DNA of 64,000 nucleotides from Owenia fusiformis (Eukaryota): NCBI GenBank assembly GCA_903813345.2, contig CAIIXF020000001.1, positions 29,946,001 to 30,010,000 of the forward strand, read 5' to 3'. Shown piece by piece: positions 1 to 10,900 of this stretch (position 1 is its first letter; each line of letters starts with the position of its first letter). The notes under the pieces were generated by a model. It saw only the letters and a program-made list of their open reading frames with translations, ran no database searches and was not told where the DNA came from. The position numbers and the translations under genes were made by a program.

Positions 1-577
1 AAGATATGTGTATTTGACACCAAATATCAATAAAATTGTGAAAATAGTAGTGCAATTCATTTTATAGCGACGCAGTATGCCTTAAACATTTCCCAGACCT
101 ATATATTTTGAGACTATCCTTTTAATACTGCGTCCCCAGCATTCATAAAAAATGGTGTTCAAGATACACTACCCATGCAAATTATTTTTGCATCTTGGAA
201 GCCAGGCAGTATCTGTGTGATTTTATAAAAATTCGGAAATGTTCTTCAGATATGAGCCCCTCTAAATATTGGGTGCGGAGCTACGTTTATGGAGCTGCTC
301 CGCACCCAATATTTAGAGGGGCTCATATCTGAAGAACATTTCCGAATTTTTATAAAATCACACAGATACTGCCTGGGTTCCAAGATGCAAAAATAATTTG
401 TATAGATAGTGCACCTTGAACACCATTTTTTATGAATGCTGGGGACTCAGTATTAAAAGGATAATTTCAAAATATATAGGTCTGGGAAAGGTTTAAGGCA
501 CATTGCGTCGCTATAGAATGAATTGCGCTACTATTTTCACAATTGTATTGATATTTGGTGTCAAATACACATATCTT
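1..577. repeat. Long foldback palindrome (~280-bp arms), probably a MITE; left end lies outside the window
   Basis: 1-281 is the near-perfect reverse complement of 296-577 (aagatatgtgtatttgacaccaaatatcaata / tattgatatttggtgtcaaatacacatatctt), with a short central loop. Confidence 0.9.
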
Positions 578-904
578 GGTATATTTGAAGTCCCAAAACG
601 GCTTAGTTTCAGAAATATCCCAAATTTAAATTCAAAAATAACCGTTAGCTCCGCACCCTCCGCTCATTTGCTCCGCACCCAATATTTCCCACAGGCTCTG
701 TCTGCATAGGGTGTTTACTCAATGAGAGAAAAGTTAAACACATGTGTTTTATCACGATATTGGAGCAAGTAAATGTACTTTTAACCTATACTTCACACCT
801 GATTTATCTCGATACCTCCAAATCTGATTTTTTCAAATCAACACTTTTCAGCTTTTTTTGATCTCATTACTCTCATGTTAAAAAACCTTACTTGATCGTC
901 ATTA

Positions 905-1205
905 AACATTCAGTCAAAATGATGTCATACTATCTAGTATTTGAAATGTACATGTAAAAGTACATCAAGAAATATTGCTTCAAATATTGTTGATCAATTT
1001 TGAAAAAATTTTGTTTTGGAAAATGTAAATGCTACTACGGGGAGATTCAACATATAAAGTCACAAAAAGTGAAATATGTTTTCTTGTATTGGACAGATAA
1101 TATTTTCTTTTACATTATTTTAATTTGCATAATTATGTCATGCTATGTGACCTGAATGAGCCACCTGGTGGTGAAACTGGTAACTACCTACTCGCATCTG
1201 AGTTA
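905..1205. mobile_element. Dispersed repeat fragment related (reverse complement) to the element at 43540-44881
   Basis: 1156-1205 matches 43541-43593 in reverse complement; 905-1110 matches ~44610-44825 in reverse complement. Confidence 0.6.
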
Positions 1206-1479
1206 TTACAATGGGAAATCACTGACTTTCTGGGAGAGAAAACTTTGGCACAATATATATTTAAACATGTTAAGAAAAATATCTAATTATTCAGTATCAC
1301 ATGCTTGCGTCTGTCCAAAGATGTTGAAAGCTTTAGCATTTTAGCCAGAAATTTACCATAATTCTGAAAATAAAACAGGAAAAAAAGTAGGAAACTTAAT
1401 CATGTTTATCGCAAGCATCCTACAGTATTACAATATTTTGTACTTATATATAGGATAACCGGGGTTCGTATCGTTTTAT

Positions 1480-1862
1480 GAACTTGTTTCGTTCAGTGTT
1501 GCTAACGGCGGTTTATTCCTGAAAGGATTTGCCATTTCGATGTTACCGGAACCAGAACAGAGTTTTCTAAACTAAGAAAAAGCCTTCTCCCAACATTTTC
1601 ATAATTATACATCGATGAGGTTACAGGGGGGTATGTGATGATTTGTATTTATTCATAAGGTATGTATGCATGCGTTGATCACATTATTTCTGTAACGATA
1701 CCATCTAATTACGGTTTAATTAGTTCCGCATGTCGAAACCTGCTGAACGATTAAATGATCGCATCAAGGGCAAAATCATCATGGAAGTTAGACCTAGCCG
1801 GGGCCATAAGACATGTCAGATAAGAAACGAGGCCCAGGCTAGGTCTAATGTTGTTGGACTAG
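1480..1862 (+). mobile_element. Helitron-like non-autonomous element, copy 1
   Basis: Direct repeat of ~16190-17151. Ends in a GC-rich stem-loop (tagacctagccggggcc...ggcccaggctaggtcta) 11 nt before a terminal CTAG. Confidence 0.6.
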
Positions 1863-1993
1863 AACACTTAGAGAAAAGAAATCATAAAAAACTGAATTAG
1901 CTGATTTCTGACAATTTCTACAAGACATAGGCTCTTAGAAAATAGCAACACTGAAAATGATTAAAATTAATGAATTTAAGCGAAGAAACTAAC

Positions 1994-4900
1994 CTCAAAC
2001 TCATCCTTGCTGTACTGGTCAATCTCACAACCCGCTTCAACTAGGGCAGTGATTATATGGTTCAGGCCATCTTCCCTTGAAAACTCAGGACTTCTGGTGG
2101 CCTCATGTAATGCTGTGCGCTCATCCTGCAAATATTACATGACCAGTTCGCATGTAAGTACTATAAGTACATTATACCATGATGTATAAGACTGATCCTC
2201 ATCAAATTCACAAAAATTCCTAATCAAAAAATACAGGTGCAATGTTTGACAAAAACACAATTACAATACAACATACACTGCTGTATATACTACAACTGTT
2301 TTTGTCCCTAATAATGTTATCAAGATATTCAAAAAATTGATTTTTCAGATATAACTTGCATTGTACTATAGAAATCTAACTAAAATATTTTGGAAACATT
2401 ATAATTTTTAATGTTAATCTGATGATGTTGTTTAAACATGTATTCCCTTTTTAAATGAGCTTGTCTGGAGTGAACAATTTGGTCAACAGAGTTTCTATAG
2501 ATCCAAGTGAGCGTAAAATCTGTGAAAGTGGAACATCTCCAAATTAGATGGCTTTTGAGAAGAACCAAGAATGATGTTCCACTTATACAGGTTTTACTGT
2601 ATGAATTTCCACTGGCCAGTCCAACAACTAGAGAGAATTAAACATGTTAAGCAAACTAATCTTGACTAACAACTTTAATGTTGTTGGCAACCAGGCCTAG
2701 CACATCAATAGAACATTAATAACACTGATCCAGGTCTTTGAAATTTGACTTTACAGGTAAAATCCTATTTAATATAAAGTGGCCATGACTGAAAATTTAA
2801 AATTAAATACAGTACAGGTACTGATACAGGTCTTTTCCAGAAACTGGAAATTCCAGAGCCATGGCCACCTTGTGATATTCTAATGGAAGATGGTTTGTGA
2901 CCATTTTGAATTGAGCAGCCATTAAATAAATGTTTTTATCCAAATTAGATCTATTCAACAGAGGGTCTATTCACATAAGGCATCAGCCTATACATTTAAA
3001 AGAAATGGAACAACCAGTACTAAGTTATTGTCAAGATATACTAATGGATGGATTAATGGACAGGCAAACAAATGGAGGTATATTATCCCTCTATATCCCA
3101 ACTCAAAAAATCAAGAAGTTTGTTTCAAAATAGTGGAAAATTCAATACCCTTTGCATTCAAGCCCGTAGCCAGGGGAGATCAATAGGTTCAAGCAAAACT
3201 TCCTCCCTCCTGGCTAAAAATTCTTCAAAATCTGTGATTCTGACCATTCTGAGCACTTTCCAAGTGATTTTGGCCATTTTTGGACCAAAATTGTCAACCC
3301 CCCAGTGAACCCCCTGAAATTTTCAAAAAAGTAAACCCCCTTGGCAAATTCTGGCTACAGGCCTGGCATTCAATCAATTTCGCTTCTTTATAGAGAGCTT
3401 AGTTTATAACTAGAGTCTGGACCCAGGGTTGAAATTCAAATATTCAAAATTAAAAAGTCAACTTTGTAAGAAAAAGTCTGAAACAACTTTTAAACATTTT
3501 GATTCATTAGAGGCCCTCTTTAGTCATTATGCTTGCTTCATGAGATGGTTGAACCTCATAATAATTCGCTTACACTTTTTCTACATGTTGTTAGATTAAA
3601 GATTGAAGATTTGAAGGTTGAAGTTGCATGTTGAAATTTATCTTTATTTTTCGGTTATTTTTCATATAATCTTTTCAATTTCCCACAGCACAGATTGTTT
3701 TTTGCACTTTTTTTATATTTTAATTTATACTGCAGCAGTGTCTATGCTTTTCATCAAATTGTCAAATGTTTTCCTCACTATAGCATTACATGTATCTCTC
3801 CTAAGTATTTTATTATATACACTGTAGGGAACTAAATAGATCTATGGAAAATTATTCCATGATTTGTTTTATTTCTTTGATTATTTCAGATGTTTCCATG
3901 GTCGCCCACACTTCCTGCCTAGGGTAATTAAGCCAATGCTTTGTCACTAAGTCCTCTTGAGTGTGACGACCAGCACGCTCAAACCATCCAACCCGCCATA
4001 CTGTATCTAAATCTGTTGGTATGGGACCAAAAATATCAGCATATTTGTCCCTTACAAAGAAAGCATTGTACCAGTCTGCATCTATAAGAGTATACCCTCG
4101 GGGAGCTAACAAATCGTGCCAAGCCCTGAGGGATGCACCATATAATATCTGTTTTTCCAAGGGTCGACTTGCTGTAAATGTCCAAACAAAATCTGTTGAA
4201 TAATTCATATGATAGTGGACGTTTGGAGGAAATACAGGATTGAATTCCAAACTGTATATATCTGCATAGACACCAGCATCTAAAAATGCTTTAAGAACAT
4301 CCCAGTCATAAGAATCAATATCTACCTTCATGAGTCCGATTCTTTTTGGAATACTGAAGATTTTTAAAACATTGTGTACATTTTCCGGAACAATAATTCT
4401 ATTTGTCTGGTTAATGTGTTGACTAAGATATTCTTGGTCAAAACGTCCATCTGATTGAAAACCTTTCCATCCCCTAGCCATGAGGTCAGTGGCATCGGAT
4501 GCTCCAGCTGCACCAATATCCACACTGTATTTCTCAGTAGACATAGGATATGCCAGCTCCATGTATCTTACCAGATTAACACCAGATATATGATTCGATA
4601 AAGACAAATTATGACCTTCAAAATGTCTAAATGGTTGTCCAATAAGTTCTCCTGGATGGGTTATGTTTTTCTGACAGCCTAAACGTCGCCAAGCTGTCTT
4701 GGAATTATCAGAAATATTTTTCCACGAAGTTTTTCTTATTTCCTTTTGAATTTCAGTACAATGGAATGATATGCTGTCAAATTTAGTCTCAAGCAGTGCA
4801 TTAATATTATTCAAATTCAGCTCCAGCTTTTTCATCTCATTAAATAATATTGTATAAACTCCAATTATAGCTCCTGCTATTACATATACATGTACATTTA

Positions 4901-7900
4901 AGCCTTTCCTCCACATATTTCATTTACCTTTTCAATGTATAGAGAAACCTGCAAAATCAATTCTCATCATAGAGTCGTTCATTTATTCCTTGTGTATATA
5001 TAAACACTGAACTGTACACTTTAATATTTGTATTTGTATTGTGGATTGTTAATTCCTCATTCATCCTCTATTTACTTTAAACATGATATTCAATAGCAGA
5101 ATCAGAATTCAATATACTACAGATTAAAACATACATGATTTTATTTCAATTCAACCAAAAATATTCTGTTTACTAAATAAATTAAAATCACACAGAGTTC
5201 CATAATTCATAATTCAGGGAATACTCTCTTTAGTGAATATCTTCAAAATTTAGTAACATGAACCAATAGTATTATAGCCATTTAGTCATAATGTACATTG
5301 TATATATTTAGTTTTTAGGTTTTCGGGTTCACACAAATGAGTCAATTTTCAATTTAAATATCTTGAGTCAACATTGATTTTCTCTTAACTATAACAACCC
5401 TTAGCCTGTAGGGTGGTAAAACATGTTCCATGCAACAATGTAGTTAGGCAATGTAAGTTTGGTACATATATCAGATTTTTGAAAAATACATTTTTTGGAT
5501 TAAATAAATATAAACATATATATTGGATGTATGGAATGACTAACACCAAGTAATAGTATTTTGAATTCATTTTTCATATACTTTGCTACATAATTTCACA
5601 AAATATTAGATAAAAATGAAAACACACCTTATTTCATAGTGCAATAACAAAAAGAAAGTTAGTGACCTATGATTTTTATTTTCTTAAAATTATACTATCA
5701 GATGTGCAAAAATGAAGAAACCTGTTGTTCAGTTTTTGAGATACATGTAATACATGCTCTTAGTCCTCTTTTTATCATACCTCACCATAGGGATTAAAAT
5801 ATTTTGTATAGCTTTAAGTAAAAAACAAAGTTGGTAGAACCTACTTTTCTGCTTTATTTTGAAACATAATGGCTTCATTACGAAGTGACTACTTCTACTT
5901 GCACTTTCTAACCAGCTAAGTAACCTATCCAAAGCTTTTTTACATTTTAACTTCATTTGGAACCATCATTCAAAGTTCATAATTTCTAACAAACTCCCAT
6001 GCAGTGTCTCGGAATAGACACTGCGGCGGGCAAATGAAGACAGTATCATTTTGAGAAAATAGTTCCCCTTTTTATCATAGATATAGTCAATTTTCACACA
6101 ACTTTTAAAATATATAGAGAACATTCACCAACCTTGGGGATGGTGTAATGCAGGTGTTCCACTTTGGATAACATTGTGGATGGGATGTATACTGCAAAAG
6201 GTGCTCACTCGGCTGAGCCCAACCTTGCACCTGGCAGACATATCAGGTATATAGGGGAGGTGCATCGAAACTTTTGAAAGGTTCTCCATCAAGTATTTGG
6301 AGCAATTTTTAGAAGATAAAAAATACAATGTATAAACATATACAGGGTGGAACATTTTTCTATTTATTGAACTGTCTTTATTTTTGCAGTTCAATCCACA
6401 AAAACACAGATAATGGTCTTTTTCATATTTTTGTAATTTGCTACTTATACTCTTGGGCTACGAATTTTCAGTAAATTTGGCTCATCAGTTGCTGAGAAAA
6501 TACTTGTCAAAAAGTGTCTCATTTTTTGGGACACCTGATATTTAGAAACAATATTAGAAAAAATATTTGGATCATGATAAACCATAACATCTCATTTCCT
6601 CTCAGCAATGTGTCTGTGAAACAGAAAGATGCGATGAATTTTAAAATTAAATTTTGTATTGTACAAAAGATATGAAAGCAGGTTTGCTACGTTATGCCAA
6701 TAACATCAGTGGCGGATCTGGAAGCTAACAAAGGGAGGGGGCACATTTCAAGTCAGAAAAATAATTTGGCCTAAAATTAATAAATAAAACCAAAAAAAAA
6801 AGTCCAACTAATGCCCAAAAAGGCCCACTAATTGAGACCTAAAAATTTTTGGGCCAAATTTTTTTTCTAGGCTGATCTCCGGGTCCCATGGACCCCCCCT
6901 GGATCCGCCAGTGAACATTCTAGTTTCCCAGGTCACTTAAATATTAGCAATTTGAACAGCTAACCAATCCTTACCCAAAATACTCCACCCTTTATTCGTT
7001 TTCATAATAACTAAAGCTCCATCATCAATCTCCATAACATGTGATGAATGTGTTTATAACATGGAAATAATAGCCATGTATAAATTATTATATAATGCAA
7101 ATATGCAGTAAAATGGGACTTAAAATCTCCTTAATTATTACATTATGTTATAGTCATCAACTATATAATATTACAAGAAATTGTTGTCCAAAGCCAGAAA
7201 TAATCAATGTAATATGAACTAACCTTATTTTTCAGTTTGACATCACAGCCCTTTTCAATTAGCACATTAACTGCATCTATGTGTGACCAATAAGCTGCAC
7301 TATGTAGAGGGGTCCAACCATTCTAAGAATAAAAGTAACTTCAGTTAAAGGACAACTGAAATAACTTTTCTCAACTTGCAGCTACAAAAACGCGGTTTTC
7401 TCCATTGTAAGCCCAACGTAGAGTTTTTGCGATAGCCATTATAAAATAAATGTTAGATAACTGCTAACGGTCATAGATAACGAAATAAAACTAACTGATT
7501 CATCAAATTGGCCCCCACGTGATTAGTAACGTCATATACAAAATATAGCTTTGGTTTATTGGTTTCTTAGTAATCACAACGTCACGGCAACCATAGGGTT
7601 GTTGTGTAAACTAATAACAAAACATGTGGGGACCAGTGAGAGATCACGTGGGGGCCAATAACGTCACAACCAATTCGAATATTGCTTATTAAGCAGCTAA
7701 TAACGATCGTTAGAGTAAAATAATTTCCACACTACTGATGAGAAAACATGTCCAAATACATCTATCAAAAAATTATATTGATTCCTTTTAGGTTGAAAAT
7801 ACCATTTCATATCTGCTTTAACACACATATAGCAGTGGTCTCTCCATTTGATGAGACACAAACCAATAATGCTAGCAGACTTGATCGATCCCAGCACAAA

Positions 7901-10900
7901 CATGAACGAATTGAAATTTTAATGTTTAATCCCAAAATGTATTTCAGATTTACCCCTTCCTTCCAAAAAATTCTATTTGAAAAATGTTTTGGTTTTGTTC
8001 AATGAACTAGATACAAGTAGATATGATTTTTTCATTAAATACTCAAAATTTAAGTTTATTGTATCGTATCATATCGTATCATGTGGTCAGTATCGTAGAT
8101 ACGTATTGATATTCAATCTCTTGTGTTGTGGGACCCCTAATGTATGTATGTCAATTAACCTACTAAAACATATTCAGCCGCTCAAAAAATGCATAAGGAA
8201 TACACTGAGGTATGACATTCTGTTATGTAGTTGGACATAATTCATATTTCATCCAATTCGCCCATATATTTACCTTTGAAAAACGCCAGTAATTTAGTGA
8301 TCTGTGGTACATTGCGAAAACATGAATATGTGAAAAGAAACAAGTAAAATCAGTAAATCCAATGTGTTTTAAAGTAATTTGGTTGTATCAGCATTGTATC
8401 ATTGGTATACCATGGATGTATCTGGGTTGTTTAATTTATGGTACATCTAACTATACAGTGTTGTATCACTCATTGGTCTATCATTTTGCCAAATTCCTCA
8501 TAGATTGTAACAATGTAAGAGCATTCATATCTAGTCTCTAACATTGTATCAGTTTGTAAATATTTGTAAATTTATTTTGTATCATAGAATGTACATTTTG
8601 TAGCAATCATGTTTGTCAAGCCTATTTGAAAAGGTGTTTCCACTACATTAGAATCATGATGTAATGATTTTGTATTTTTCCATTTTGCTTATGACTGTAT
8701 ATTTGTATATAAAACACATGTAAATAACTGTATAGTGACCCATGTGTCGGAGAGACTGACATATATAAGAGTCAATAAAAGAATATATATATCACTTACC
8801 TTGTCTTGTGTATCTATCTCTGAGCCAGCCTCTATAAGCATCTTCATGATGTCAGCATAGCCATTCATAGCAGCATGGTGCAAGGCAAGACAACCACGCT
8901 ACAAACATAAAGAAGATAAGTTCAAAGAGTAGGCATTTGCTTCCCTACACAGTCTGATAAGGTTTATGTGGTAGTTTCTAGGAATCACATGGGACCTAAC
9001 TATAGACTATATGTGCAAAATAAGATGAAGAGATGCTAGCAAAGAACATATTTAAATAGCAAAATATGAGTTCATTCTTTAATAAAGCTACATTAAAAAT
9101 ATGTAATTAATTGCTTACCTCGTCTTTGACATTGACATCACAATTAGCTTTGATAAGCATATCTACAATTTCCACCTTGCCTTGGGATGCCACATGGATT
9201 GCACAGGAGTCATGCTGCAATAATGGTAAAACATGGGGTCAACTATGCCCAAATATGTTTTATATTGCTATACCTTATGCAAACCACTTGCTAATTTTTT
9301 AATTTTTTTAATATAAAAGATTGGTAGTCTATGGTCTGTATCAGTAAAAATGATTATTGTATTCTTAGCTATTTGAAGAATATGTTAAACAATTATCATT
9401 TTCATAAACCTGTGGTAAAAAAGACCCTTTTGACCTTGAGAAGGTCATTAAAGGTCAAATCTTTTTTTACTTTGAGAATGTCATTGAAGGTCAAATCTAT
9501 AGCCAGATTTGAACTTTTGAGAACTTGTATATGATTTTGAAAAAGAATTGGTAAATTTGAAGCAAGTTGAAAAAATACCTTTTTGACTTTTCTTTGACCT
9601 TGAGAAGGCCATTGAAGGTCAAATCTTAATTCTAAAGACAGATTTGAACTTCTGATAACTTGTAGATGATTTTGAAAAAATATTTGGTCAATTTGAAGCA
9701 AGTTGAAAAAAAACTTTCTGACCTTTTTTTAACCTTTTTGATCTTGAAAAGCTCATTGAAGGTCAAATCTTAAATGTAAAGTCTGAAAACTTCTGAAAAC
9801 TTGTAGATGATTTAGAAAAATTGAACTCAGTCTAAACAGCATTTGTTAAAGTTATTTGAAGTTGTAAGAATTTGTTACAGTTACAGCCAACCGCCGTCAA
9901 AAGGAGATATTTTATGGCTTGGGGATGGTTCTAAAAGAATCATATTACGAGCTTGTTACTGAAAACTGAAAGATAAACAAATTGAGACTATTACATTTTT
10001 AGCAAATAAGCAGTTTAATAATCCATGGTTAATTATATAAATTTAAAACCAGATGCTTTGTTCACATAACGAGGTCCTGGAGGTATTATAAAAAAGCATG
10101 AAAATCTGAATTTCTATATTGCACATTCCAATACATACAACAATTACAACATCTTGAAAATCTAAGGTAGGAATATTTTATTTCAATCTAAAGAATCAGA
10201 TCTAGCGAGCAAGCTAAACAAAAACATTTTCAATTTTAGAATATTTTTGACTAATATCACTCCTTGCCATGTCTATTCTCTTTATTCCAGGAAAATTAAA
10301 GATCTTAAAATAATGTATTATTTTTTGATTTCTATGGTTATCATTTTTCTTTTTTTGGAGAATTTAAACACTTTCCCCCAATATTTGTACATGTACGTAC
10401 TTCTAATTCTGAATAACTTCACCAATTTATAAATCAACAGGCGACATTACTTCAGACTTAAAGTGGTAAACAGAGAAAACATACTTAAATGTCTATACCA
10501 CGCCCAGTGGTTGTACAAAAATGATGGGGGTTCCTCCATCCGATCCCCCCTCCATCCTAAATTAATTCATTTCGATTATTTTTTTGTATAACGCAGGGAA
10601 ACTAACTTTAAAAAGTGAGCAATGTCATAAGTATTGTGATAATAACGTCCCTTATACCTATTCATTACAGGTTGTGTAGACCATTGTTGCCCGATTTATA
10701 GCAAAAACATTGACTTTTGCACGTTGGTGATGATGCGCCTTTTTTAATAGATCTCATATCTTAGAAGGGTATCAGTTCAAAAAAATACTAGATGACCTAA
10801 CATATTTTGCCATGCACTGCGCTTATTCATTTGGCAATTCAGTTGTAAATTTTCTCTTGAAAAAATAAATCTTCCAAAGAAATCGCCTAATCCCCCCTCT

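Noticed and set aside
6455..6496. Hammerhead-like CTGATGAG...GAAA on the - strand
   Set aside because: Stem II cannot pair and the flanking stems are absent.
3852..7322. In-frame ankyrin-methyltransferase fusion protein
   Set aside because: Splicing 7224 to 4948 puts the methyltransferase ATG out of frame (32 nt offset) and reaches a stop after 16 codons.
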